64,000 nt of DNA from Candidatus Poribacteria bacterium (lineage in GTDB: Bacteria; Poribacteria; WGA-4E; WGA-3G), in contig OZ244804.1 in NCBI GenBank assembly GCA_965220065.1, positions 4,416,915 through 4,480,914 on the forward strand. The letters run 5' to 3'. The first letter of the stretch is position 1. Every line of letters begins with the position of its first letter. Positions 39,212 to 48,788 of the stretch are shown piece after piece. The notes under the pieces were generated by a model. It was not told where the DNA came from, did no database searches, and saw only the letters and a program-made list of their open reading frames with translations. Both the position numbers and the translations under genes were made by a program.

Positions 39212-40498
39212 GTGATTTTACGTTTGGACGACCTAGACTTAGTCATCAAACTCGTTAGCTTAGGTATACTTTTAATCCTCAATGCGCTGTTTTCAGCTGC
39301 CGAAGCGTTACTCGCTCGGTTAACGCGAGATGATATTCTCAGGTTTGCCGAGGAAGGGGGTAAACGCTACGAGCTACTGACCTCCCTATTGCGCAACCCA
39401 CGCCGCTACTCGCTGACTATTATCACGGCAAAAACTATTCTGATAGTGGTAAGCGTTATGATATTTATAACGTTTTGGGAATACCAATATCCAGTGGCAA
39501 ATGCGGCACTCGCAGTCGCATGCTTCGTTGTCTTTACTGAATTGTTTCCCAAAAATTATGTACAGGGCAGTACAGGGGAAGCAACGATTCGAGCACTCAG
39601 CGTACTCCGCGTCATCTATTGGGGCGGATTTTTGGTTTTAATCCCATTGAATTTCCTCGCAAATCTCATTGTCCGTGTCTTTGGGGGCAAGGTTACCTCA
39701 GCACAAGACAGCCTTGTATCCCCAGAGGTTTTGGAGACACTCGACAACGTCGCCGATAGCCAAGAACTTTTAGAACCAGATGACCGAGAAATGATCTCTC
39801 GGATTTTAGATTTGCCAGACAAAGTCGTCCGAGAAATCATGGTCGCGCGAACCGATATGGTTTGCCTTGAAGTCGACACACCCGGCACCGAGGTTCTACA
39901 GACAACGATTACCTGCCGACACACCCGTATTCCCATCTACGAAGAAACCATCGACCGCATTATCGGGATCTTGCACGTTAAAGATATGTTGGATTGTTGG
40001 GAGGAAGACCAGCCAATCAATCTCAGGGAGTTAATCGTCGGTCGGAGCCCTTTTTTCACACCAGAGAGCAAGAATATTTCAGAACTCTTCCGAGAACTTC
40101 GGGCGCATAAGCAACACATCGCGATCGTTGTGGATGAATACGGTGGCACCGCTGGGATTGTGACCTTAGAAAACATCATCGAAGAGATCGTCGGTGAAAT
40201 CCATGATGAAGACGAAATGGATGAGCAGGATGACTATATTCAGATGGATGCCAACACCTATTCGGTGGATGCGAGGCTAAATCTTGTCGAGTTAAACGAA
40301 AGACTTGGAACGGAACTTGAGGCAGAGAACATTGACACAATCGGTGGGTTCGTTGTCGATCATCGCGGGCGCGTGCCTGAACAGGGCGATCAATTTACTT
40401 ACCGCGGGATCCGTTTTGCTGTATTTGAGGCAGACGAACGACGTATCCATAGGATTCATATCCAGATGCCGGATATCGATATCGATGATGCATCTTAA
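39212..40498 (+). CDS. corC: CorC/HlyC (TlyC) family protein with DUF21 membrane domain, CBS pair and CorC_HlyC domains.
   Basis: It has an N-terminal multi-helix membrane domain followed by CBS-type segments and a C-terminal transporter-associated domain. The gene sits in the conserved phoH-ybeY-corC order. Confidence 0.8.
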   Translation: MILRLDDLDLVIKLVSLGILLILNALFSAAEALLARLTRDDILRFAEEGGKRYELLTSLLRNPRRYSLTIITAKTILIVVSVMIFITFWEYQYPVANAALAVACFVVFTELFPKNYVQGSTGEATIRALSVLRVIYWGGFLVLIPLNFLANLIVRVFGGKVTSAQDSLVSPEVLETLDNVADSQELLEPDDREMISRILDLPDKVVREIMVARTDMVCLEVDTPGTEVLQTTITCRHTRIPIYEETIDRIIGILHVKDMLDCWEEDQPINLRELIVGRSPFFTPESKNISELFRELRAHKQHIAIVVDEYGGTAGIVTLENIIEEIVGEIHDEDEMDEQDDYIQMDANTYSVDARLNLVELNERLGTELEAENIDTIGGFVVDHRGRVPEQGDQFTYRGIRFAVFEADERRIHRIHIQMPDIDIDDAS

Positions 40499-40600
40499 AA
40501 AGTAGGAATTGCTGACATCCATTCCACTAACGGACTTTTGAAGGGGACCCGTTTCCGAAGGGAATGCAATTTGTCCGAACGTTGCAATTTTGAAATTAAT

Positions 40601-40629
40601 TTGACAACACCGAACAAGCACGGTATAAT
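40601..40629 (+). promoter_or_regulatory. Consensus sigma70 promoter (TTGACA - 17 nt - TATAAT) driving tRNA-Pro.
   Basis: TTGACA is at 40601-40606 and TATAAT at 40624-40629, both perfect hexamers with a 17-nt spacer. The tRNA begins 13 nt downstream. Confidence 0.65.
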
Positions 40630-40641
40630 TAAACATAAGAA

Positions 40642-40716
<75 letters not shown>

Positions 40717-40758
40717 TTCTATTCCTTCAAGAAAAGCACAGCCATCACAGTTAAAACC

Positions 40759-41523
40759 ATGGCAGCTCAAAAGACCCAAGCGATTGTCATTCGCACCTTT
40801 CCCCTTCAAGAATTCCATAAAATCATTACCTTCTACACGCCTGACTTCGGGAAAGTTAAAGCAGTCGCTTACGGCGTAAAAAGTCCAAAGAGTCGCCTCG
40901 GTGGAAGCTTAGAACTTCTCAATCACGGGACACTCCTCTTTCAGCATCGCGAAAATCGGGAATTGCAGAACATTACTGACTTCAATCTGATTGACGGGTT
41001 TGACGCAATTCGCTCCGATTTCACACGCATCACCTACGGGTGCTATTTCGCCGAATTGGTGGATAGCATTGCATCAGAGGGCATCGCCAGTCCTGAAATT
41101 TTCAATCTCCTCCACACCACTTACCAATCTTTAGCTCATGCGGAGGATGTCCCGTTGCTTGCACGAGGATTTGAGATCAAATTCCTTGATTGTGCGGGAT
41201 ACGGACCGGAACTTTCTCGGTGTGTGCATTGTGGTTCAGCTGTGGAAGGCGGAACCACAGATAAATTCGGCATCGCCTTCAGCGTCCGGTACGGCGGTGT
41301 GTTTTGTGGCGAGTGCGAAAATCGAGACGGTGCTGCCTTTACAATTGCACTCGGTAGTTGCGAATTGCTGAAAGTACTTCGGAGGTCTGAATGGGAGCGG
41401 TTCAACCGGATCCGAGCCTCTACCCGCAATCATCAGGAACTTAAGCGTCTTCTCGGAAACTTCATTGAATATCATACCGAACGGAAATTAAAAAGCCTCA
41501 AATTCATTGAGAATGTTTTGTAG
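40759..41523 (+). CDS. recO: DNA repair protein RecO.
   Basis: An N-terminal OB-fold region (AIVIRTFPLQEFHKIITFYTPDFGKV) is followed by a C-terminal zinc-finger with CVHCGS...CGEC. Length is 254 aa. Confidence 0.8.
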   Translation: MAAQKTQAIVIRTFPLQEFHKIITFYTPDFGKVKAVAYGVKSPKSRLGGSLELLNHGTLLFQHRENRELQNITDFNLIDGFDAIRSDFTRITYGCYFAELVDSIASEGIASPEIFNLLHTTYQSLAHAEDVPLLARGFEIKFLDCAGYGPELSRCVHCGSAVEGGTTDKFGIAFSVRYGGVFCGECENRDGAAFTIALGSCELLKVLRRSEWERFNRIRASTRNHQELKRLLGNFIEYHTERKLKSLKFIENVL

Positions 41524-41604
41524 ACCCTAAGCAGTTTAGCGTTTAGGTCTCTCGCTTCAAGATTCATACCGTGTCTGGAAACATTCAGAACATATTAAGG
41601 AGTC

Positions 41605-44600
41605 ATGAAATTGAAAAAATATAACCCCTTGCAATCTTTGAGTCGTAAGTATCCGAAACTTGCGAGTTTCACCAAAGTAGCATCTTTCTTCTTCGTTGCT
41701 GTGTATATGGCAATAGTGGTTAACTTTGATGTCTCTGCGGCGATCACCGGAAAAATTTCTGGGGTAATCACCGCTGAAGAAACGGATTCCCCGCTTGCGA
41801 CTGTCACGGTAACACTCGTTGGTACAAGCACTACCGCGACAACGAACAGTGCTGGCTATTATGTTATGACCAACGTCCCACCCGGAAGTTATGATGTAAA
41901 GGTCGAGCTCACGGGTTATGCGGCAGAAACTGTAGCGGCGACAAGCGTGCTCGCCGGTCTTACGACAACGTTGGACTTTACCCTAAAGAGTACGGCTGTG
42001 CAACTTGAAGGTATAACGGTAACGGCTGTTAAGCCGCTAATTAAGAAAGATGTCACGCAGTCGACAAGAATCATTGAATCAGATAATATTGAGGCTATGC
42101 CCCGCGATACCGTGAATGGGATTTTACAAACCCTTCCTGGGGTTGCGGTGCTGAACTCAACCGGTTCAACGCATGTTCGCGGGGGTAGGTCAATGGAGAT
42201 TCGGTATCTCATTGATGGTATCCCGATTAATAATCCGATCAGCAGAAGTTTGGGGTTGAGTATCGGCACGAATTCCCTTGAGCAGATGGAGGTCATCACC
42301 GGTGGATTTAATGCGGAGCACGGTGATGCGCAATCCGGTATTGTGAATCTCATCACGAAGGTTGGAACGAATAAATTTTCTGGTAGAGTCCGATACCGAG
42401 TTGGACAGTGGGGGACGCACCACGGCGATCCGTTGTACGGTCCATGGCTTGATCCAGATAATGGATTTCGACCCGTTGCGATTGAACCCTTCAGAGGTAT
42501 CTTTTTTGGGCAACCCTACGACTATCAAAAGCCGTATCGCGGACGGGATGTCACGGTTGCAGAGTTAGCGGAACGCGAAGGCGACGAACAGGTCGTCTTT
42601 ACGGAGATTTTCCCCGGCGTATATGCCGACAGGACAGAAAACCCGCTCCAGCCCGTGATGGACCCAGAAACGGGTGAACCGCAGGTTAACCCCGATACGG
42701 GTGAACCGATTATGACGCGTCAACCTTATAAGGATGCCGATGGTACTGTTATCGACTATGAGAAGAAACAGGTTACTTTGTTAGACGGCTACGTCGTGGA
42801 TCTCGAACAGTATAAGGGATTGTTCAACGACACGAAAAAGTACGAGCTGTCTCCGAGCCATATCGGTGAATTCGCGCTCAGCGGACCGATATGGGGAAAT
42901 CGGTTGACGTTCGCTGTCTCCAGTCAGCTAAGTCGGAATCACAGTTTTTTTCCGAATAGTGGGGGAACGGGATATATCTTCCAAGGAAAGCTGAAGTTTG
43001 AAGTAACACCGAGTCTCAAACTCACTACAAGTGGGCTTTTCAATAGGTCGGAAGGTTACTCCTATGGGGGTTCGCTGCGCTTTTGGCCCAGTGCCGTTCC
43101 GGAGTCAAATTCAAACGCTCGGAATATGTCCGTGCGACTCTCACATAATATCAACTCTGGTACTTTCTATACGTTGACACTTGGGCAATTTCATCGTTCT
43201 GGTGAGGCACATCAACCCGGAAAGGTGTGGGATCCGTTGGAGAAGACGTTTGATGAAAACGCTTGGGATCCCGATAAATCCTTTGAGCAGAATCAGGAAG
43301 AAGGCAGAATCAGGAACCCACCCCAACAGGCATATAACGATACAACCTATTTAGTCGCCGGGGACAGCAATTCTTGGGGAACCAGCACTGCGACAACCTC
43401 AATCGCAAGAGCGGATTTTTCCAGCCAAGTTACGGCGAACCACCTGATCCAGACAGGCGTTGAGTTCTTGGGATACGATCTCTATAATCTCAGCACGACG
43501 AATTACGGAAGCTCCAACCTTTACATGGAGTACTACGATGTCCAACCGCAATCCTTGAGTATGTATCTCCAAGACAAGATGGAGTATGAAGGCATGATCG
43601 TCAACGCCGGGTTACGATATGACCTGTATAATCCATCTGGTGTTTCACCCCAAGACCCGTTTGATCCGCTCGAATTGAACGACGATGGCACCATCAAACT
43701 CGATAAAAGCACCCATAAAGTCGGACTCCCTATCATCAAAGATCCTGTTCAGGCTTCCACCAAACACATGATCGCCCCACGTCTCGGCATCTCCTTCCCG
43801 GTTACCGACCGATCGAAGTTGCACTTCACGTACGGGCATTACTATCAGATTCCACGAGGTGATGATCTCTACGAAAACCTCAATTTTGACATGCGGGGCG
43901 CAATCCGAAGAAGAGGGAATCCTGACTTAGATCCAGAGCGGACGATCGCTTATGAAGTCGGTATCATACGTCAATTCACCGATGACTTGACGATTGACAT
44001 CACCGGATTCACCAAGGATATTGACAAACTCGTCAATAGCGTACACGTTGACATTACCAACGATTATAGCTACTTCCTCAATAGTGAATTCGAGGGAATG
44101 CTCCACGGCATCTATGGTCGGGTGCAAGGGTTTGAACTCACGATTCGCAAATGGCGCACAGGTGGAAGTCCGGTTTCTGGACTGCTCAGTTATACCTATT
44201 CCGTCGCGAAGGGAAAAGGTTCCAGCCGAAATCTGGGCTATCTCACCTACTACCGGCAACAGCCTGACGTAACCGAAAGCCACCCGTTGGCATGGGATCA
44301 ACGTCACATTTTCTCTGGAATGTTGGACATCCAATTGCCATTTGATTCCTCTGTCAATCTGATTGGCAGGTATGGGAGCGGTTTGCCCTACACGCCGAAT
44401 CCGAGAGCACCCGTCAAACCCGACATCAACTCGAAGCGTTACCCGCCGACCTACAATGTGGATGCCCTTATCAGCAAACGGAGTCGGATTGGTGGGTTGA
44501 CTTATACCTTCTTTGCCGACATTCGGAACATCTTCAATACGAAGAATCTCGACGATATCTTAGATGCGGTGACCTATGACCGATACGGTATCCCGCTCAA

Positions 44601-44676
44601 CAGCCAAAAACATTCGCATCCGCTGTCGTGGAGTTCACCACGGTTGATTATGATGGGCGTGAGTCTGGATTTTTAG
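41605..44676 (+). CDS. TonB-dependent receptor-like outer-membrane beta-barrel with an N-terminal carboxypeptidase-regulatory-like domain.
   Basis: A signal/anchor is followed by a CarbopepD_reg-like segment (GVITAEETDSPLATVTVTLVG...GYYVMTNVPPGSYDV), a plug-like region and a long barrel ending in ...GVSLDF (terminal aromatic). Confidence 0.7.
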   Translation: MKLKKYNPLQSLSRKYPKLASFTKVASFFFVAVYMAIVVNFDVSAAITGKISGVITAEETDSPLATVTVTLVGTSTTATTNSAGYYVMTNVPPGSYDVKVELTGYAAETVAATSVLAGLTTTLDFTLKSTAVQLEGITVTAVKPLIKKDVTQSTRIIESDNIEAMPRDTVNGILQTLPGVAVLNSTGSTHVRGGRSMEIRYLIDGIPINNPISRSLGLSIGTNSLEQMEVITGGFNAEHGDAQSGIVNLITKVGTNKFSGRVRYRVGQWGTHHGDPLYGPWLDPDNGFRPVAIEPFRGIFFGQPYDYQKPYRGRDVTVAELAEREGDEQVVFTEIFPGVYADRTENPLQPVMDPETGEPQVNPDTGEPIMTRQPYKDADGTVIDYEKKQVTLLDGYVVDLEQYKGLFNDTKKYELSPSHIGEFALSGPIWGNRLTFAVSSQLSRNHSFFPNSGGTGYIFQGKLKFEVTPSLKLTTSGLFNRSEGYSYGGSLRFWPSAVPESNSNARNMSVRLSHNINSGTFYTLTLGQFHRSGEAHQPGKVWDPLEKTFDENAWDPDKSFEQNQEEGRIRNPPQQAYNDTTYLVAGDSNSWGTSTATTSIARADFSSQVTANHLIQTGVEFLGYDLYNLSTTNYGSSNLYMEYYDVQPQSLSMYLQDKMEYEGMIVNAGLRYDLYNPSGVSPQDPFDPLELNDDGTIKLDKSTHKVGLPIIKDPVQASTKHMIAPRLGISFPVTDRSKLHFTYGHYYQIPRGDDLYENLNFDMRGAIRRRGNPDLDPERTIAYEVGIIRQFTDDLTIDITGFTKDIDKLVNSVHVDITNDYSYFLNSEFEGMLHGIYGRVQGFELTIRKWRTGGSPVSGLLSYTYSVAKGKGSSRNLGYLTYYRQQPDVTESHPLAWDQRHIFSGMLDIQLPFDSSVNLIGRYGSGLPYTPNPRAPVKPDINSKRYPPTYNVDALISKRSRIGGLTYTFFADIRNIFNTKNLDDILDAVTYDRYGIPLNSQKHSHPLSWSSPRLIMMGVSLDF

Positions 44677-44703
44677 TCGAATAAGATAATATGGAGGCGA
44701 ACA

Positions 44704-44952
44704 ATGCGAATACAAGAAATCGCAGAAGCCATAGAAACGTTAAGTCCCACTGATCGGTCCCACTTACGGAGACTATTAAAAGCGCAGGACGAAGCCGATA
44801 AACTGGAAATATTTCATCAAGTCTTGCTGTCGAAAGGCTTAGTTAAAGAAGTGAAAAAGCCTCCTGTCCCTGACACGATTGAACGGCAACTCATTGAGGT
44901 CAACGGGAAACCTGTCTCACAAACAATTATTGAAGAACGGAATAGGCGATGA
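44704..44952 (+). CDS. Putative type II antitoxin (VapB-like), partner of the downstream PIN toxin.
   Basis: It is an 82-aa protein whose stop overlaps the start of the PIN gene by 4 nt (ATGA). Confidence 0.5.
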   Translation: MRIQEIAEAIETLSPTDRSHLRRLLKAQDEADKLEIFHQVLLSKGLVKEVKKPPVPDTIERQLIEVNGKPVSQTIIEERNRR

Positions 44953-45410
44953 TCTACTATATGGATAGTAGTTGTCTTGTTAAACGTTATGTCAGTGAAG
45001 TTGGTTCAGGATGGGTTCTCAGTATCACTAACCCTGTTGCAGGAAACGAAATTTACACTGTCCGCATTACAAGTGTTGAGATTGTTTCTGCCATCTCGCG
45101 GCGGAAACGGGATGGCACAATTATCTCTGCTGATGCAGCAATGGTAATTGCCACCTTGAAAAATGACTTACTGAACGAGTATCAGATTATTGAAGTGACT
45201 GAGCCGCTGGTTAATCGGGCGATGACCTTAGCTGAAACTTATGGTTTACGCGGCTTTGATGCTGTACAGCTTGCAGCAGCATGTGAAGTTCAAGCACTTT
45301 GCATCGCAAGTGGAATTCCGCCGCTCTCTTTTCTCTCAGCAGATAAGGTGCTCAATGCCGCAGCTACAGCTGAAGGACTGTCAGTGGATGATCCAAATGA
45401 CCACCCTTAA
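44949..45410 (+). CDS. vapC: PIN-domain ribonuclease toxin (VapC-like).
   Basis: It has an N-terminal Asp cluster (MIYYMDSSCLVKRY), conserved acidic residues and a ...GFDAVQLAAA segment in a 153-aa protein. Confidence 0.7.
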   Translation: MIYYMDSSCLVKRYVSEVGSGWVLSITNPVAGNEIYTVRITSVEIVSAISRRKRDGTIISADAAMVIATLKNDLLNEYQIIEVTEPLVNRAMTLAETYGLRGFDAVQLAAACEVQALCIASGIPPLSFLSADKVLNAAATAEGLSVDDPNDHP

Positions 45411-45454
45411 ATACAATAAATGTGGGTTTGGATTTTTAAGAAGGAAAATACTGA

Positions 45455-46240
45455 ATGAAGAAAATCAACATTGCAGAGGCTGATGTGATCACTGTGGCGA
45501 CGCGGCTAAAACAGTTATCACCTAATATCCCCGGATTCGGATCCGTCGATCCTGCATGGACGCGCCCCCCTGCTGTTCTTGTCATTGACTGTGTCCTTTC
45601 GCTCAACAGGAATTACGACACGTTCTTAGTTCCACGTCTGAAAACTTTCATGAGTAACCATCCTGAGACACAGCGGATAACCGACTTGGCTAAGTTGATG
45701 GCGAGTTACCCAACGCCCCATGCGTTCGTGCAACAGGAACTCAATTACAAGCACGAAAGCCGCGCAAGGACACTTCAGGCTGTCGTGGACTTCGTGTGCC
45801 AAATCGTTGAGGGAACACAAACTATTCAGGCAGAAAAAGAGGTTCTTAAACAGTGGGCAATTCTGGCTAAACCGTCGGACTACCAAACGCTAAACATCCG
45901 GGGTTTTGGGATCGCCGGTTTTCAGTACCTTCGAATGCTCTTTGGCGCGGACACTACAAAACCTGATGTACACATTATTGGATTTCTATCTGAGCTCTTG
46001 AACCGGAGGATCTCGGAGGTTGAGGCACTTCGCCTTTTGGAAGCAGCGTCTGAAAGTGTAGGGCTTTCTGTCCGGGACGTTGACACATACGTCTGGCAAA
46101 TTAGGGCGCGTGGAGAGCAAAATGCTGATGAGACAAACGCTGTTCGACTTGATCCAGACATTGCCGCCGCTTTTCCTACTGCAAAAGCCGTTAATGAAGC
46201 TTTGCGATCTGTGTTGAAAGAGAGAGGTAAGAAGAAATAA
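45455..46240 (+). CDS. Hypothetical protein with a divergent helix-hairpin-helix (HhH-GPD-like) segment.
   Basis: The segment LNIRGFGIAGFQYLRMLFGADTTKPDVHIIGFL resembles the HhH-GPD motif of EndoIII/DNA-glycosylase superfamily proteins (LpGVG...vDtHV). I recognise nothing else in the protein. Confidence 0.35.
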   Translation: MKKINIAEADVITVATRLKQLSPNIPGFGSVDPAWTRPPAVLVIDCVLSLNRNYDTFLVPRLKTFMSNHPETQRITDLAKLMASYPTPHAFVQQELNYKHESRARTLQAVVDFVCQIVEGTQTIQAEKEVLKQWAILAKPSDYQTLNIRGFGIAGFQYLRMLFGADTTKPDVHIIGFLSELLNRRISEVEALRLLEAASESVGLSVRDVDTYVWQIRARGEQNADETNAVRLDPDIAAAFPTAKAVNEALRSVLKERGKKK

Positions 46241-46274
46241 CTGTGTCTGTAACGATTGAGGGCATAACAGTCAA

Positions 46275-47105
46275 ATGAAGCATCAGGAAACAATACCGTT
46301 ATCAAATATTTACAATCGAGAAGAAGATTTCTCTACAGATCTTGCTAATAATCTTGATATTCTCAAAGTTGGCAGTTTTGAAGACGTGGAGACGGAATCC
46401 AACGTCGGGACACGCAGAGCAGATATTGTCGCTGTCGGTGAGGATGGCATCCTCGTGGTTGAAAATCAGTTTGGGAAGGCAGATTGGGATCATTGGGGCA
46501 GACTTGAGGCTTACGCCCGATTGAAAAAAGCCAATGTTGCTGTGCTGGTAGCTGAAGACTTTGAGGAAGTAATGATTGTTACTTGCAATCTACGCAATGA
46601 AGACAGCAGAATTGACTGGTATCTCATTCAAGCACAGGCGAATGGACACAAAGAACTTTCATTTCATCACGTTGCTCGACCTGCAATAGATATTCAAACC
46701 GAGAGACAACTGGACACTGAATATGATGAATTCTGGGCACCGATTCGCAGTGGTGAACTCGGAAAAGTGTTTATGGGACCACCTATGTCTGATCACAATA
46801 ACGGCTGGATGGGTAATAAAACTATTCCCGGTGTAGAAGTGTGGCTTAGACTTATTAACCAGAAATGCTATGTTCGATTGTACTTTCTGAAACCTAACCC
46901 CTTTGAACGCCGAGACAAGATCATGGAGTTATTTCCGGGATCGGAATACGATTACGAATACAAGGATACACCCACCCGTACAACGGTGATTTTTCCTGTC
47001 ATTAACAAAGGCAAAAACGACCGCGATGATTGGGATGAAATTCGCGAGAAATTAGTTGCCACGGGCACCGATATCTACAATAAAATCAACGAATCTAACC
47101 TATAG
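46275..47105 (+). CDS. Paralog A: NucS/PD-(D/E)xK-like N-terminal domain fused to a conserved ~140-aa C-terminal domain of unknown function.
   Basis: The N-terminal RRADIVAVGEDGILVVENQFGKAD resembles the GEIDLLA..G.LVVIElK core of NucS/RecB-like nucleases, but the canonical Lys is not in place. The C-terminal blocks HHVARPAIDIQTE, EFWAPIRSG, ERRDKIMELFP, VIFPVINKGKNDRDDWDEIRE and GTDIYNKINESNL are shared with the downstream paralog. Confidence 0.5.
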   Translation: MKHQETIPLSNIYNREEDFSTDLANNLDILKVGSFEDVETESNVGTRRADIVAVGEDGILVVENQFGKADWDHWGRLEAYARLKKANVAVLVAEDFEEVMIVTCNLRNEDSRIDWYLIQAQANGHKELSFHHVARPAIDIQTERQLDTEYDEFWAPIRSGELGKVFMGPPMSDHNNGWMGNKTIPGVEVWLRLINQKCYVRLYFLKPNPFERRDKIMELFPGSEYDYEYKDTPTRTTVIFPVINKGKNDRDDWDEIREKLVATGTDIYNKINESNL

Positions 47106-47230
47106 CCACTAAAGTTTGAATGATTCGTATTGCGTGCATATTGAGTTTTCAAGGCGTTCTCTATTTTTCTGTGAGTTTTGCACAAAGCGGTAACTCATAA
47201 ACAAAAAGATTTCAAGCAGAGAGAAGCGCA

Positions 47231-47257
47231 GCCCCAGCGGGGCGGCATCTGTATAAC
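47231..47257. repeat. Second copy of the GCCCCnnnGGGGCGGCATCTGTATAAC repeat.
   Basis: It matches 16650-16679 and lies about 25 nt upstream of the paralog-B start. Confidence 0.55.
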
Positions 47258-47281
47258 GTAAAACACTAAAAGGAAATCGAA

Positions 47282-48250
47282 ATGCTAAATGTAGGCGAAC
47301 AACTTGTATCTTCATACCTACGATACATCCGGGGTTGTGATTTTATCCAAACGAATTTGTACACGATCGAATCCCAAGGCGAAATTGACGTTGTCGGATT
47401 GAACATGGTGGAACAACAAGTCTACATTTGTGAGGTAGCCATTCACCTAACAACTGGACTCCAGTACGTCAAAAACAAGAGACCCAACAATGTGCAGAAA
47501 CTTACCGATAAGTTCTCCAGAGACATTGAATACGCACAAAAATACTTTGATAAACACAATCAACATTTTATGCTTTGGAGCCCGATAGTTAAAGACACAA
47601 AAGGAAAGCCTGAATACAATCAAATGCGGCATCTCGCAGAAATTAAAGCAAATATCAAAAGGCAGTATGACGTTGATATTGAATGCATAGTTAACGAAAA
47701 GTTTTACGCCTGTTTAGAAGAGTTAAGACTTCATGCAGCGGCCCAAACTGTCGCACTCCAATGTCCCTTGATGCGTTTAATGCAAATAGAGGAACTTTTG
47801 GGTAAACATGTATCAAATCATCACGCCACGCGACCGGCAATGAATATCCAAACTCAGAAGAAAACCGAGCGGGAATACAGTGAATTCTGGGCCCCGATTC
47901 GCTCTGGAGACAGTTTATTTGCGGGAAAGCCTGTCCCTATCCGAGACGAAGGTTGGGTACGTAAGAATATCCGCAATATCGGTGTGACACTCTTTCTTAA
48001 CAACCAACAATGCTATATTTTGTTGTACTTTGAAGGAGAAAATCCCTTAGAGCGTAGGGACCGGATCATGACGCTATTTCCAAAATCAGATTATATTTGG
48101 GAATGTAAGGATTCACCTAAGGAGACAAAAGTTATATTCCCAGTCCTTGACAAAGGTAAGAAGAATCGAGACGATTGGGATGAGATTCGAGAAACATTAG
48201 TCAACATGGGCACCGACATTTACAGTAAAATCAACGAGTCTGACTTATAG
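47282..48250 (+). CDS. Paralog B: NucS/PD-(D/E)xK-like N-terminal domain plus the same conserved C-terminal domain as paralog A.
   Basis: The N-terminal core is GEIDVVGLNMVEQQVYICEVAIH. The C-terminal blocks are HHATRPAMNIQTQ, EFWAPIRSG, ERRDRIMTLFP, VIFPVLDKGKKNRDDWDEIRE and GTDIYSKINESDL. Confidence 0.5.
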   Translation: MLNVGEQLVSSYLRYIRGCDFIQTNLYTIESQGEIDVVGLNMVEQQVYICEVAIHLTTGLQYVKNKRPNNVQKLTDKFSRDIEYAQKYFDKHNQHFMLWSPIVKDTKGKPEYNQMRHLAEIKANIKRQYDVDIECIVNEKFYACLEELRLHAAAQTVALQCPLMRLMQIEELLGKHVSNHHATRPAMNIQTQKKTEREYSEFWAPIRSGDSLFAGKPVPIRDEGWVRKNIRNIGVTLFLNNQQCYILLYFEGENPLERRDRIMTLFPKSDYIWECKDSPKETKVIFPVLDKGKKNRDDWDEIRETLVNMGTDIYSKINESDL

Positions 48251-48260
48251 TACACGACTT

Positions 48261-48749
48261 ATGGATTATACCATTATAGAAGCCGGTATTGACGATGTCG
48301 AAGCCATCGTGGATGTGACATTCCAAAGTTTTGAGGACGCGTTCAACAAACTGTTCTACATGGAACGTGAAGTCGCTGTCCACAGATGGAAAGCGTATAT
48401 GCGAAAGGAGCATCATCCGCGAGACGCAAAAGACCCTCGGATTGTTTACATCGCAATCGCCGATGGAAAGATAGTAGGTTTCGTTGCGGGACATCTGACA
48501 AAACGGCTCGGATTGGAAGGTGAACTCCAATCTATCTATGTTCTCCCGAAGTTCCAGGGACAGGGACTCGGAACGCAATTAGTCATTGTCCTTGCGAAGT
48601 GGTTCAAAAAGTGGGATGCGAAAGAGGTCTGTGTCGATCACAAGAACGGTAGTGAGGGTTTTTACATCAAACTGGGGGCGAGGTTCAACGATCACGGATG
48701 GTTGGTATGGGACAATTTTTTTGATGTCCTTGCGTATGAGAAAGCATAA
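48261..48749 (+). CDS. GNAT-family N-acetyltransferase.
   Basis: It has the acetyl-CoA binding region ...IYVLPKFQGQGLGTQLV... in a 162-aa protein. Confidence 0.7.
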   Translation: MDYTIIEAGIDDVEAIVDVTFQSFEDAFNKLFYMEREVAVHRWKAYMRKEHHPRDAKDPRIVYIAIADGKIVGFVAGHLTKRLGLEGELQSIYVLPKFQGQGLGTQLVIVLAKWFKKWDAKEVCVDHKNGSEGFYIKLGARFNDHGWLVWDNFFDVLAYEKA

Positions 48750-48788
48750 GGGACGACTACGAAATGATATCTGTTAAAGAGGTTATGT

